64,000 nucleotides of DNA, from IMG/VR virus record IMGVR_UViG_2648501187_000001; one strand, 5' to 3'. This DNA comes from an uncultured virus (IMG/VR IMGVR_UViG_2648501187_000001). Lineage: Duplodnaviria > Heunggongvirae > Uroviricota > Caudoviricetes. The notes beneath the pieces are model-generated. The model was not told the origin of the DNA. It made no database searches and saw only the letters and a program-made list of their open reading frames with translations. A program made the position numbers and the translations under genes. Below are positions 9,387 through 19,650 of the stretch, in pieces (the stretch's first letter is position 1; the number at the start of each line of letters is the position of its first letter).

Positions 9387-9656
9387 CTACCTTTCCCCGC
9401 AATCCCAACGGTCGTAGCATGCGGGGCATTCGTATTGCGCGTATTCGGGATTCCACTTGGCGTGCTCACGGCATACCAGACGCCAGCAGGCCTCACATAT
9501 CTCGCCGCAGTCCGTGCAGTTGACGCGCCCGCAACAGGGGCATTTCCTCGCATGCTCCTCACATAACGGTATGCCGCAACCTCCGCAGTGGTCAGCCACG
9601 TCATCCGGCTCGTACGGCCCGTGGATTGAATCTTCGCAGGTTTCGTTCGCGTTCAT
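9387..9656 (-). CDS. Small Cys-rich protein
   Basis: 89 aa with many CxxC and CxxH pairs. AAAGGA SD. Confidence 0.7.
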   Translation of the reverse strand: MNANETCEDSIHGPYEPDDVADHCGGCGIPLCEEHARKCPCCGRVNCTDCGEICEACWRLVCREHAKWNPEYAQYECPACYDRWDCGER

Positions 9657-9668
9657 GATGGTTCCTTT

Positions 9669-9860
9669 TCATTCCTTGCCTAACAGGTCAAGTCCGGCGC
9701 ACACCGTCTCCCATACGGTCTTGCCGTCGAATGCGATGAGCATGCCGGATATGCAGTATTCGCTGGCGTGCGGTGCGGGCTGTCCGCAGTCCACGCCTTC
9801 CTTGCCCAGCCTGTCCAATAGGTCGCGGACGGATTGCAGCGTCTTCTCGATGTTCAACAT
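9669..9860 (-). CDS. Hypothetical protein
   Basis: 63 aa, AAGGAG SD, in operon context. Confidence 0.6.
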   Translation of the reverse strand: MLNIEKTLQSVRDLLDRLGKEGVDCGQPAPHASEYCISGMLIAFDGKTVWETVCAGLDLLGKE

Positions 9861-9863
9861 GGT

Positions 9864-10409
9864 TCACTCCTTGTCCAGTCGGCGCACGCTGGCCAGCATG
9901 CGCGACGCGGCCTGACGGCGCGTCTCATACGGGGTGCCGAGTTCCTCGCCCAGCAGCCACCCCTCGAACACGGACACCGGGTCATGTCGGCCGGAGTATT
10001 TGTTGTTGCAGGATTCGCACACATGCATGTAGTGTTCGGCCATGTCTTCCACATCCTTCGCCTCCTGTTCGTCGCCAAGCGTGTTCCGGCACCATTCGGC
10101 GGTCCTGTCGAACTTGTCTTTCAACCGCATGAGACGGTCGGTGCGCGGCATGGGCGAAGCCAGCAGGCGTGCCAGTTCGTCCAATGCCCGTTCCTCGCCC
10201 ATGTCGGCTGTATCGAGGACGGTGTTATCCTCGACAAGCTCGTACTGCGTGCGGACGATGCTGATGGTGTCGCTGTCGGGAAGGTTGACGGTGACCTCGT
10301 ATCCCGCTTGAGGGTCGAATGCGGTGATTTGTCCGAACTGGTGGTCGTTGTACACATGCCAGTCCGGCAGTATGCGGGTGACGATGCTGAGGATGTCGCG
10401 TGTTTTCAT
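9864..10409 (-). CDS. Hypothetical protein
   Basis: MKTRDILS..., in operon context. Confidence 0.7.
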   Translation of the reverse strand: MKTRDILSIVTRILPDWHVYNDHQFGQITAFDPQAGYEVTVNLPDSDTISIVRTQYELVEDNTVLDTADMGEERALDELARLLASPMPRTDRLMRLKDKFDRTAEWCRNTLGDEQEAKDVEDMAEHYMHVCESCNNKYSGRHDPVSVFEGWLLGEELGTPYETRRQAASRMLASVRRLDKE

Positions 10410-10574
10410 TCCGTCAGTTCCAGTTCTTCGGCGCGACGACGATCCAGCCGCGATGCCTGTCGGCCTCACGCCTCTCCTGTTCGTCCGTTAGCCATTGCTC
10501 ATGCGTTTCCGCTTCCTGCCTGTCATCGAACTGCTTGCCATCCGAAGTGGTGTATGCGATGCTTGTTTCGACAC

Positions 10575-11120
10575 TCATGATTCCTCCAACTGGTATCCGA
10601 TGTGGCGCAGCGCGTCCGTGATGGTTTCGCCCGGTTCGCCTTCAAGCGGTCGCCCGCCATACTTGTCGTATATCCGCCATTCGCCGGGTTCGGACTGGTA
10701 GGCGTATACGGTGCCCGTCGGCTTCCCGTCCGGCGCCGTCAGTTCGATCGGCTTCGATTCGCCCCGCTCCGACCGCCATCGTGCGATGCCGTGCTTGCGT
10801 TCCATGAGCGTTAGGCTCGCGCCGTCCAGTCCGGCTTCCAGCAGGCTCATATATTGGCTGTCATCGTTTTCGCGGATATGCCAGTCATCGCCGTAGTCGT
10901 CCTCCATGCCGATCAGGAGCAGGGGCAGGCCGGTGCGACCGCGCCCCTCGTCGCGCACGATTTCGAACGGACGGTCCAACTCGTTGAACGCGGTCTGCCA
11001 GACGATCCAACCCTTGTCGCTGACGCGCGGCGAATCCGGGCCATACCCGTCGTCCTGCCGGTCACCATAATGGAATCTGTCGAGCAATTGGTGTTCGATT
11101 TTTTCGCCAAGCGGCTTCAT
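10575..11120 (-). CDS. Hypothetical protein
   Basis: GAAAGGA SD before MKPLGEK. Confidence 0.7.
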   Translation of the reverse strand: MKPLGEKIEHQLLDRFHYGDRQDDGYGPDSPRVSDKGWIVWQTAFNELDRPFEIVRDEGRGRTGLPLLLIGMEDDYGDDWHIRENDDSQYMSLLEAGLDGASLTLMERKHGIARWRSERGESKPIELTAPDGKPTGTVYAYQSEPGEWRIYDKYGGRPLEGEPGETITDALRHIGYQLEES

Positions 11121-11375
11121 GGTCAGGTTCCTTTCTTTCGAAAAGCGTGGTTGTCGCATCCTCAAGAAATGCGGTGAACAGATCGTAGGGTTCGGCCTGA
11201 TTGGGATTCAGATACCAGTCCAAAGGTTTATAGCCCAGTTTCATGCACGGGAGTTTCGTGCCGATATACCGGGTGACCCGGATATGCCGGAATACCCATC
11301 GTATGATGTCGATTCCGAGCCCATATTGTTCCGCATATTCCTTATACGACTTCACAATCGACCCTTTCCTCCGCT

Positions 11376-11705
11376 TCACTGGTGCGCCTTCACGTATTCG
11401 GGTCCGTGGTAGTGCGATCGGCATGCGTATCGTTCGGTGACCGGGGTTTCGAGAATCCGGTCCACATCCAACGTCACGGTCTCCCGATCCGTTCGGGCGA
11501 GGTATTCACGCAGCCAGTCGCCAGCGTTGAAACTGTCCGCACACCATGCCGGATCGTCCGTCAGCTCTTGGATGCGCCGGACGCCGTTCGGGTCGTCGAG
11601 GAGCCCGGGGTTCCAGCCTGCATGCTCGCAGACCACGTCGATCAGCGGGTCAAGCCGGCTGATGGCGCGTGTTCTGCCGGGCGTGACGATCACCGTGCTC
11701 CTCAT
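11376..11705 (-). CDS. Hypothetical protein
   Basis: 109-aa ORF in operon context. Confidence 0.6.
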   Translation of the reverse strand: MRSTVIVTPGRTRAISRLDPLIDVVCEHAGWNPGLLDDPNGVRRIQELTDDPAWCADSFNAGDWLREYLARTDRETVTLDVDRILETPVTERYACRSHYHGPEYVKAHQ

Positions 11706-11708
11706 CGT

Positions 11709-11987
11709 TCAGTCCTTCTTCTCTTCGAGATCCTTGAACATGTCCCATCCACCGCGTCCGATATCGGCGTCTTTGCTGCCGATTACGACGATGCCGCCGC
11801 CTTTCTTGAGCCGCCGCGTGCAGACTGGGTCCGTGTTCTCCTTGCCGTAAATGTCGAAGCTCTTGAGCGGGATCGCCCGCAAACCGTATTCGTAATCGTC
11901 GTTGATGCGGTACACGGGCAGGTCGCCGTACCGGTCGCGGATGGCTTCGAGCTTCTCGATGAGTTCGGTGATGGTCAACGTGTCCAT
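11709..11987 (-). CDS. Hypothetical protein
   Basis: TITELIEKLEAIRDRYGDLPV, a common phage-type N-terminus. GAAAGG SD. Confidence 0.7.
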   Translation of the reverse strand: MDTLTITELIEKLEAIRDRYGDLPVYRINDDYEYGLRAIPLKSFDIYGKENTDPVCTRRLKKGGGIVVIGSKDADIGRGGWDMFKDLEEKKD

Positions 11988-12034
11988 GGTCGGATGCCTT
12001 TCTTACGTCTGCATCCCACGCATGCGTCCCCGGC

Positions 12035-12526
12035 TCACAGGCCCTTCGCCTTGAGGATCCCGTCCGCCTCTCTGGTGAAGTCATGCCGGCGGCGCAGCCG
12101 TCCCGCCTCGTAGCGCGCATCACGCGCCGTCGGGTCGATGTCGCGCGCGAATCCGGCCATCACATCCGGGTCGATGCGGTGCGCGTATCGGAGCGCGATA
12201 TACGGGTCGGCCGTCCGGACGAGAGCGTGTTCGCCGCCCGGATGCTTCTCGCACGCGATCAGCCATGTGCCCGGATCGTCGCACCAGCCGATGAGGCGTT
12301 CCAACTGGCCGGGCGTGCACTCCTGGTTGGCTATCAGCTGGTAGGCGACGTCGGGCGACCATGACGGGTTCGACTCCTCCATGAGCCGGACGAGCATGCC
12401 GATCTGTTCGGGACGCAGTCTCGCGCTCGCGGCCAGATCAGTCATGACGCCGTCGCCTTTCATGAACAGGGCGAGCAGTTGGCCTGGCGTCAACGTTTCG
12501 ACGAAATCCTTTAATCGTGCTTCCAT
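12035..12526 (-). CDS. Hypothetical protein (probably leaderless)
   Basis: 163 aa. ATG lies 8 nt after GACGCATAT and has no SD. Confidence 0.7.
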   Translation of the reverse strand: MEARLKDFVETLTPGQLLALFMKGDGVMTDLAASARLRPEQIGMLVRLMEESNPSWSPDVAYQLIANQECTPGQLERLIGWCDDPGTWLIACEKHPGGEHALVRTADPYIALRYAHRIDPDVMAGFARDIDPTARDARYEAGRLRRRHDFTREADGILKAKGL

Positions 12527-12550
12527 GGTGCCGGATATGCGTCCCGGCCG

Positions 12551-13357
12551 TCATGGCCGGAGGCGTGCCGCATCCGTTCCCGGGCGGGCGATCCTCCGTT
12601 TCGCGTCCTCGTAGTCGTCGCGCATCGCGGACAGGACGCGTCCCATGCCGGCCAAGGCCTCTATCGCCGCCCGCAGTTTTCCGGCGTCCGCGCGGGCGGC
12701 CGTCTTTTCGAGCCGGCGGCGTTCCTCCTCGCGTTCCTTTTCGAGCGCGTCGGGCGTGAAATAGTCCTCCCTGTCGTGGACGGGGAACCGGTCTCGCAGC
12801 ATCGCGTCGAGCGCGTTCGCCGCCTCGAACCTCGCCCTGGCCGCCGCATCCATGTCCCTCCCGTAGCCGTGGGCCGCCTCCGTCGGATCGTCGCAGCGTT
12901 CGGGGTCGCGCCATGAGATGCGGACGAGCGGGGCGAACGCGTCGAGCAGCCGCTCGTCGACGCTCATGAGCAGGGCGGACAGTTCGCGCGACCGGTCCTT
13001 CAACGGTTCGTAGCCTCCGTCCGCGTCCATGCCGGCCAGATCCATGATCGCGGTGACGCAGTACGGGTCGATGCCGAGCAGGCCCGCGACCTCCTGGATC
13101 CGGTAGTCGTCCGTCTGCATGTCGCCGGTCAGCCGCCAGACGGGCATTCCCAGCGTCCGGGCGATCCGGCGCAGGCGGCCCAGGGGCGGATACCGGTCCT
13201 CGTCGGTGATGTTCTCCCATCCGCTGACGGTCTTCTGGGTGACTTCGAGCAGGACGGCCAGCTCCTTCTGCGTCATCCCGCCGTTGTCCCTGCGGTAGCG
13301 GCGCAGGTTCGCGCTGAATGGGGTCAGCCCGTCACCGGATATACCTTTTTCTTCCAT
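12551..13357 (-). CDS. XRE-family helix-turn-helix regulator
   Basis: NLRRYRRDNGGMTQKELAVLLEVTQKTVSGWEN...LRRIARTLG. Divergent from 13458. Confidence 0.85.
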   Translation of the reverse strand: MEEKGISGDGLTPFSANLRRYRRDNGGMTQKELAVLLEVTQKTVSGWENITDEDRYPPLGRLRRIARTLGMPVWRLTGDMQTDDYRIQEVAGLLGIDPYCVTAIMDLAGMDADGGYEPLKDRSRELSALLMSVDERLLDAFAPLVRISWRDPERCDDPTEAAHGYGRDMDAAARARFEAANALDAMLRDRFPVHDREDYFTPDALEKEREEERRRLEKTAARADAGKLRAAIEALAGMGRVLSAMRDDYEDAKRRIARPGTDAARLRP

Positions 13358-13457
13358 TATCCTCCGATATCGGCCGATTATGGTGTGTCCACGTATTTGA
13401 GAGTATATCCGGACGCCTGTAGCATGGCCCATATCCGCAAACGAAAGGAATAACGAC

Positions 13458-13925
13458 ATGCGCGAGAAGATCATCACGGGCACGCGGGACGACGGCGAGA
13501 AGACGGGCCCCATGGCGAAGGCCCGGCGTTGGGCGGGCGGCCACAAGACCATGCTCGTCTGCATCGGCGTCGGCGCGCTCACGGCGTTCGCCGCGATCGC
13601 CTCCTGTCGGACGGGCCATGCGGGCGGCGTGAAGACCGGCTACCTGGCCGGGTTCCCCGACGGAAGAACCGAAGGATACGCCAAAGGCCATGATGCGGGA
13701 TACGCGGACGGCCTGGCCGACGGCATGGAGATCGCCGCCGACGCCATGAAGCCGGAGACGATCGTCAAGAACACGTTCCCGGTCGCGTCCCATGTGCGCA
13801 GGCTGCACGAGGGGTGGCGGCGCTCCCCCGCCAAGGACGCGCAGATCGCCGCCCTCGGCAAGGACATACCCGAAGGCTATACGCTGGTCGACGACCAGAC
13901 GCGCACCCGCGTCACCGTACGTTGA
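13458..13925 (+). CDS. Membrane-anchored hypothetical protein with GxxxG repeats
   Basis: One TM segment, then GYAKGHDAGYADGLADG. GAAAGGA SD. Confidence 0.7.
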   Translation: MREKIITGTRDDGEKTGPMAKARRWAGGHKTMLVCIGVGALTAFAAIASCRTGHAGGVKTGYLAGFPDGRTEGYAKGHDAGYADGLADGMEIAADAMKPETIVKNTFPVASHVRRLHEGWRRSPAKDAQIAALGKDIPEGYTLVDDQTRTRVTVR

Positions 13926-13967
13926 CGATACGTCGGCATGGACGGCCCGAAGCCCCGTCGAAAGGCA

Positions 13968-16766
13968 TCAGGACGCCTCCCCCGTGAGCCGCGCGTACCC
14001 GTCGAACAGGACCTTCAGACGCGCATCATCATCGTCCTTCAACCATTTCCTCGCGCCAAACGCCACGTCCGCAACCTTGTCCAATTCCCGGTGGGCGGCG
14101 CGTAGGTCGGTCGGCATGTAGTCGGGATCGTACAGGTCGGCCAGGGACTGGCCGGGATGGTTGGCTCGCGCCACCAGCACGTTTCTGCCGGCCTCGATCA
14201 ATGCGGTGCGGGTTTCATCGTCGAGGGCGGGCAGGGGCAGGTTGTTCCAAACCACCGTGTTGCTGAAACGGCAGCGTGATTCCAGTCGCCCTCCAATCGT
14301 CTGCTGCCATGTCATGAACATGCGTGATTCGATGACGGCGAATGCGAGGCCATCCCGGTCGGGACTGGTGTACACCATGTCGCCGGCGATGATGTCCGGC
14401 GTGTACCAGTCGCAGGTCATGTATTCCCGATCCTCGCTGAACACCTTCGGGATCGCAAGATAGTTCGTGGACGGCTGATGGTCGTCACGGAACAGCCAAG
14501 GTGTCGCACGATGCTTGTAGGCATCGCCCTTCATTGGAGCATTGCGACGGTATTCGGCGCATGCGTCGACACGCTTCTTCAGGAACGAGGATTTCCTCAG
14601 TTCCCCGGGCTCCGCGTCCCTGAGCCATAGGCACCAGCGGTCCGTGCCGTTGATGAGCTCGCGTCCCATGCGGAACGGCCGGACGAAGCGTGCGGCGATG
14701 GGATCGGCCATGGCCCTGTCATATTCCTCACGGTCGGCGAGCAGCAGGTTGCCTCCGTCCAGGGGCATGGAACCGGAATCGGTGACATCGAGAAGAGGCG
14801 AGACCGGTCCCGTCTTCTGGCTTCGTTTGCCTACGTACAGGTCGGGGGCGTCGATGAGATACCCATTGATGTTCAATGCCGTTTCCTGTACCGGTTCCCC
14901 GCTGATATCCGGGTATTCGAACAGTACGGGCGCGGGCTTCGCTTTCCTGTCCAGGCCGATGATGACGACGTGGACGTGCGCGTTGTCCGTGGACTGCGCG
15001 TCCCATGCGAACGTGCGGTGCGCGAAACGGATATGCCAGCCGTCCGCATGCAACGGTTTGAACAGGGGTTCCACGGGCTGCCCCTGGGTGATCGAATTGG
15101 TGGTGACGAATGCGAACGCCGCATCCGGTTTAGACAGGTAGGAGGCGGCCTTCCGGTACCATCCGGTCGCGTAGTCGAGATATCCGTCATACTGGCGGCC
15201 CCACACGGTCTTCAGATCATCGGTCTGACCGGCGGTCTTGGTGACGTGTCCGATGAACGGCGGGTTGCCCATCACATAGTCGCAGTGGTCGCCGGGTAAT
15301 AGTTCGTTCCAGTCGAGGCGCAGGGCGTTGCCTTGTTGAATATGGGCCGTATCGGTGAACGGGAGCCGGGGCAGGCCACTGATGGTCGATTCGGTATCAT
15401 CCAATGCTTGCTGTTCCGCGATCCATAACGCGGTGCGGGCGACCGCGCACGCGAACCCGTTGATTTCAATGCCGTGGAAGTGGCCGATGCTGACCCTGAC
15501 CGGGTTCAGGTCGTCGCCCAGATCGAGGGCGAGCTGCCCGTCCTTGTCCAAATCGGCGAGGATCCGGTTCTCGATGCGGCGCAGTTCCAGGTAGGTTTCG
15601 GTCAGGAAGTTGCCGGAACCGCAGGCGGGGTCGAGGAACCGGAGGCCGGCGATCCTGTCGTGCAGCCTGTTGAGCGCGTTGGTGCGGGCCCCGCCGGCGA
15701 CCGGTTTCGCTTCGGCCTGTTCGAGCTCCGATTTCAGCCCGTCGAGGAACAACGGGTCGATGAGACGGTGGATGTTCCTGACGGACGTGTAGTGCATGCC
15801 GCCCTTGCGCCGTTCGTCATGGCTGAGCGTCTCCTCCATGAGGGAGCCGAAGATGACGGGGCTGATGCCGCTCCAGTCGAAGCCCTCGCTGATTTCCAGC
15901 AGGGCGTCACGCAGCTCCCCGGTCAACGGGGGCACGTCGATCCGGTCGGCGAACAGGCCGCCGTCCACGTAGGGGAACGCCTTCAACGATTCCGGCAGGT
16001 AACGGCGCCGCTTCCCGATCGGCGTGTCCAGCACCTCGAACAGGTCATAGAGGTCCTCGCCCAGCCGGTCGGGCGTGGATGCCGCCACGTAGTCGCGGAG
16101 CGCGTCCGGTTTGAACAGGTTCGCGTCCTCCGCGTACAGGCAGAACACGAGGCGTACGGTCAGCATCGCCAGCGCGTCATGTTCAGACGGGTCATCGGGA
16201 TGTTCGAAGCATTTCGCCAGGGAATCATGCAGTCTGGCGACTCGTTGGCCTGCTTTGACGGACAGTTTCTCCTGTTGGACGACACGGGAGTTCTCGTGCG
16301 CGAACAGACGGCCAATCTCGTTGATATGCTCCGGCAGTTCCGCAAGCGTGAACTCCGATTGCGGCGTACGGGCCAAAGGGTCGGCTTCCAGATCGTAGAG
16401 GCGGAACAATCCGAAATTGCAGGTGATGAGCACGGACGGGTGTTCCGATGGCGGCAGGCTGTCGGAATACCGTTTCGCCTGTTCCACCGGGGTGACCATG
16501 GTTCCCTGACGTGGTTCCGGCTTGTCCAAATCCACGCCGAGGCTCTTCTGCTCGACGAGCACACGGGCCTGGATCATCAGCGCGTCGATGAACCCGTCCA
16601 ATGCGGTGCGCCGTTCGAACCAGAGCGTCTGCCTGTCGCTCGTGTTCGGGATGAGCAGCACCTTGTCCAACAGGTCACGCCAGTACTGTTGGGTCTCGGA
16701 TTTCTCGTCGCCTCGTCCCGCCCATGATTCGGCGAACCTGGCCGCCCTGCTCTTCAGATCATCCAT
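13968..16766 (-). CDS. MmeI-family (Type IIL) restriction-modification enzyme
   Basis: 932 aa from MDDLKS. FIDAL...VLVEQKS nuclease motif, GMHYTS, FLDPACGSGNFL, VMGNPPFIG, C-terminal GGRLESRCRFSNTVVWNNLP and SLADLYDP. Confidence 0.92.
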   Translation of the reverse strand: MDDLKSRAARFAESWAGRGDEKSETQQYWRDLLDKVLLIPNTSDRQTLWFERRTALDGFIDALMIQARVLVEQKSLGVDLDKPEPRQGTMVTPVEQAKRYSDSLPPSEHPSVLITCNFGLFRLYDLEADPLARTPQSEFTLAELPEHINEIGRLFAHENSRVVQQEKLSVKAGQRVARLHDSLAKCFEHPDDPSEHDALAMLTVRLVFCLYAEDANLFKPDALRDYVAASTPDRLGEDLYDLFEVLDTPIGKRRRYLPESLKAFPYVDGGLFADRIDVPPLTGELRDALLEISEGFDWSGISPVIFGSLMEETLSHDERRKGGMHYTSVRNIHRLIDPLFLDGLKSELEQAEAKPVAGGARTNALNRLHDRIAGLRFLDPACGSGNFLTETYLELRRIENRILADLDKDGQLALDLGDDLNPVRVSIGHFHGIEINGFACAVARTALWIAEQQALDDTESTISGLPRLPFTDTAHIQQGNALRLDWNELLPGDHCDYVMGNPPFIGHVTKTAGQTDDLKTVWGRQYDGYLDYATGWYRKAASYLSKPDAAFAFVTTNSITQGQPVEPLFKPLHADGWHIRFAHRTFAWDAQSTDNAHVHVVIIGLDRKAKPAPVLFEYPDISGEPVQETALNINGYLIDAPDLYVGKRSQKTGPVSPLLDVTDSGSMPLDGGNLLLADREEYDRAMADPIAARFVRPFRMGRELINGTDRWCLWLRDAEPGELRKSSFLKKRVDACAEYRRNAPMKGDAYKHRATPWLFRDDHQPSTNYLAIPKVFSEDREYMTCDWYTPDIIAGDMVYTSPDRDGLAFAVIESRMFMTWQQTIGGRLESRCRFSNTVVWNNLPLPALDDETRTALIEAGRNVLVARANHPGQSLADLYDPDYMPTDLRAAHRELDKVADVAFGARKWLKDDDDARLKVLFDGYARLTGEAS

Positions 16767-17391
16767 GATTCCCAATGGTATCCGGTTTCCCGCATGCCGG
16801 TCGGATATCGACCACATCATGCGGCGTGATCGTCCATAGGCAGGCCTGAATCCACCGGTCCGGCAGCCGTTTCGGATCCGCGATCGCGTTCGCCCTGTAC
16901 TGGAGCCGTTTCCTTTCGGCCGGATCGTCCCAATGCTCGTCCAGCCACCGGTCGTATTCGGCGGGAGTCCACCTGTCGGCATCCAGCGGGGCGCACGGCC
17001 ACCGGTTGATGACGCAATGGTATTGGTCGAAATCCGTGCAAAGCACCCGGTTCTCATCCACCCGCAGATGCAGGAGCTCCAACCCGTCGTACTGGTTGCG
17101 GAAGCCCGGATACCGTCGGTCGGGACGCGTATGCGCCCTGCCTTTCGAATCGACCCAGCGCGCCCACGCCCATAACGGGGCCGCGTCCGGGTCCGGACGC
17201 GGCATGCCGGCATGCTCCATTTCGCCCATCATCCACTCATAGGCGGGTGAAATCGTGTTCCACCAGTCCTCATCCCCGTCGTCGGCGATGGCCTGCCGGC
17301 GTGCGGCCGACCATGAGGGCGTGTACGAGCCGGAATGCCCGAACGACTTCACGATGTCAGGCCACCGTTGGAACGAATACAGGTCGATCAT
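16759..17391 (-). CDS. DUF3841-like protein
   Basis: AYEWMMGEM...PLWAW...RPD...VLCTDFDQYHCVIN...IQACLWTI pattern. Confidence 0.75.
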   Translation of the reverse strand: MIDLYSFQRWPDIVKSFGHSGSYTPSWSAARRQAIADDGDEDWWNTISPAYEWMMGEMEHAGMPRPDPDAAPLWAWARWVDSKGRAHTRPDRRYPGFRNQYDGLELLHLRVDENRVLCTDFDQYHCVINRWPCAPLDADRWTPAEYDRWLDEHWDDPAERKRLQYRANAIADPKRLPDRWIQACLWTITPHDVVDIRPACGKPDTIGNHG

Positions 17392-17394
17392 GCG

Positions 17395-18024
17395 TCAGAA
17401 CCCCCAATGGCCCTCGTGCCCGTCGCCGGCCGTCTCGAACCGTACGACGGGGCCGGCGGGCGGGTCGTGGATGAAATCCTCGATGAGGTCCATCTGGGGA
17501 CGGCTGACCCCGATCGCGGAATCCGGACCGACGCCAAGCACGGGAGCCTCGTGCGGCGTGGTCTGGATGGCGAGCCCCGCATTGTAGGTGGTCTCCTCGT
17601 CGTCCAGCCACACGATCGGCCGGTCCTGTTTCAGCGCGTCGAGGATGGTGCGGCGTTTGCCGGTCGGGATCCCGTCGCGGGTGATGGGATCGTACCAGCG
17701 GATGGTCGGCCAGTCGACGCCCAACGCCCGGTTCAATCGCCCGGTTTCCGGCTGCCAGGTGGTCAGCCACCATTTGTCCGCATCCAGGGCGTCCAATCGG
17801 GCCACGAGCTCCGCGTTCCACCGGATGACGAACCGGCGTCCCAGGTCGCGGACCAGGAGCCGCTCCCTACGGTCCGGCCTGAACCAGTTGTCCGGCGCGT
17901 ACGCGGCGCGGTGCGGATCGTCGGGTCTCATCCAACCGGTTCTCCCCTGCCGGCGCATGACCTTGTCGTCGGGGAACTGGTTGATCACCCCATCGAAATC
18001 GATGAACAGCAACGGCCGACCCAT
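17395..18024 (-). CDS. HAD-superfamily phosphatase (Swiss-Army-Knife RNA-repair-type HAD)
   Basis: LLFIDFDGVIN motif I, WLTTW motif II, K, IVWLDDE motif IV. Confidence 0.75.
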   Translation of the reverse strand: MGRPLLFIDFDGVINQFPDDKVMRRQGRTGWMRPDDPHRAAYAPDNWFRPDRRERLLVRDLGRRFVIRWNAELVARLDALDADKWWLTTWQPETGRLNRALGVDWPTIRWYDPITRDGIPTGKRRTILDALKQDRPIVWLDDEETTYNAGLAIQTTPHEAPVLGVGPDSAIGVSRPQMDLIEDFIHDPPAGPVVRFETAGDGHEGHWGF

Positions 18025-18210
18025 TCGTGTCCCTCCTTTCACCGTGCCGGACGGTTCGGATTCGACGGCGTACAGCCGTTGACGGATGGAATCAAGCTGA
18101 TTCCCATGGTAGGTCCATGCGGCCCGGACGGGCGGGAATTCGGGCCGCATGGACCTTTGTTGCGGCTTCCGTCAACAAACCGGCTGTTCCGGCGTCACCG
18201 GATTCGACGA

Positions 18211-18792
18211 TCAGAACACGAAGAACGGTTCGCCGATTTGTTCCATATAGCTTCTGGCGTTCCTCAACGGCATGAACATGGTCTTCGCGTCGGGTAGCCG
18301 CAGGAACCCATGGTCTTCATACCATTTGCCCAACGTGTCGTTCAGAGGGTCGAGCATGACCAGTCTGCCTCCGGCCATCACGCTCAGATCGCATGCCATG
18401 TGGACCGCATGACACAGCAAGGCCGCGCCGACACTCCCGTTTTCCTTTTTTCCTCTGAGGTCCTTGCGGACGGCGAGCTCGCCTATCAGCCATGAGGGAT
18501 GCGCCATGGTGGGTTTGCCCGCCTGACGGCTTTTCGGCAGACCGACGCCTCGGATTACGGACGGCGAAATCGTGTAGAATCCGGCGATGTCCTCACCTTT
18601 CATGGCGACATGCACGGCGCACATGCCTATCTTCGAATAGGTCAGGCTCTTGTCCAGCCAGAAGTGATCCAATTCTGGGTTGCCGCTGGCGAATCCCTCG
18701 ATGGCGTCCTGGGTCAGATTCGTCTGGGGGATGATGCGATCCCATGCCACGCGCATGCTGCCGGGACGCATCAGAGCTGGGAGGTCAGCCAC
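18211..18792 (-). CDS. GNAT-family acetyltransferase toxin
   Basis: FASGNPELDHF...IAGFYTIS...LIGELAVRKDLRG...VGAALL...WYEDHGF, as in AtaT/TacT-like toxins. Confidence 0.85.
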   Translation of the reverse strand: MADLPALMRPGSMRVAWDRIIPQTNLTQDAIEGFASGNPELDHFWLDKSLTYSKIGMCAVHVAMKGEDIAGFYTISPSVIRGVGLPKSRQAGKPTMAHPSWLIGELAVRKDLRGKKENGSVGAALLCHAVHMACDLSVMAGGRLVMLDPLNDTLGKWYEDHGFLRLPDAKTMFMPLRNARSYMEQIGEPFFVF

Positions 18793-19307
18793 TCGAAGTC
18801 CTTTTCGTTAATGTCCACGACCGGGCGGACCGTGAAATGAGGCACATGATGGTTACGACGCGTCGTTTCGTCCGAGTTCATCAACCGCGAATAGTAGTCG
18901 TGCATGCTTTCGTCGCTGATCGTCGCCGCCTTGAGCCCGTTGTTCCCGTTGTAGGCGTCCTTCCAAGGTTCCTCGGCGTGGGTGAGATCCCGAAGATCGT
19001 CCCCGCCCATTCTCCCGTATGACGAGAGCACCCCATCGAGCAGGGGCATGTAATCGGCCGGCACCTTGTCACGGTCGCCGTGGATGTCGTCGGCGATGAC
19101 GCTGTACTGGTGCGCGTGCCGCTTGTACACGTCGTACACGACCGGACCGTCGCCCCAGGCGGCGATCGGCTCGCCGAACACCGGGGCGTTGCCCCATACC
19201 AGACTCCATGCCTTGCAGTAATAGAGAAGTTTCTGCAATTGGAAGGCTGTCAGACGTCCTTTCTCCTGAAGGATGTAGTCCGCCACATCCAACGCTCCGC
19301 ACATCAT
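18771..19307 (-). CDS. Panacea (DUF4065/SocA/GepA-like) antitoxin
   Basis: ALDVADYIL...QLQKLLYY...IAAWGDGPV...LRDLTHAEEPW. Confidence 0.9.
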   Translation of the reverse strand: MMCGALDVADYILQEKGRLTAFQLQKLLYYCKAWSLVWGNAPVFGEPIAAWGDGPVVYDVYKRHAHQYSVIADDIHGDRDKVPADYMPLLDGVLSSYGRMGGDDLRDLTHAEEPWKDAYNGNNGLKAATISDESMHDYYSRLMNSDETTRRNHHVPHFTVRPVVDINEKDFEWLTSQL

Positions 19308-19391
19308 CGGCCTCCTTTCGCCTGCATCGCAACACGGTAAACCCGTCTATCCAACATTATAGTGCGGACACGGCTCTTCACGGCGTGGGCG

Positions 19392-19650
19392 ACGTGCCTC
19401 ACGTTTTTTGAGCGCGTAGTGCATAGTGGTGCCTCATCGGGAATGAGCGCGAACGGTACCGGTCCTGTTTGGCTTGTCTTATGGAAGACAGGATCAGCAT
19501 GGCGACGAAGCGACAGGTCACCCTGAGATTCAGGGATGAGTACATGAAGGCATCGAAGAAGGACAAGGGACGCATCCTCGACGAGATGTGCTCCGTGTTG
19601 GCAATCGGCAGGAGCACCGCAAGACGCAGGCTCGCGGAAGCCGGACGCGG
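19392..19650 (+). pseudogene. IS left end and 5' fragment of a transposase
   Basis: MEDRISMATKRQVT...KASKKDKGRILDEMCSVLAIGRSTARRRL, an HTH N-terminus typical of actinobacterial transposases. Preceded by a tandem GTGCCTCA...TGAGCGCG repeat and truncated at about 19650. Confidence 0.65.

Noticed and set aside
13968..16766. GCATAC as the recognition site of the MmeI-like enzyme
   Set aside because: It fits the general 6-mer pattern, but nothing in the sequence links them, and the positional bias at gene starts is not expected for an RM site. A methylome would be needed.
16767..17213. N-terminal 149-aa extension of the MmeI ORF in the track
   Set aside because: Overlaps the DUF3841 gene in another frame. 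Family similarity begins at MDDLKS (16766).
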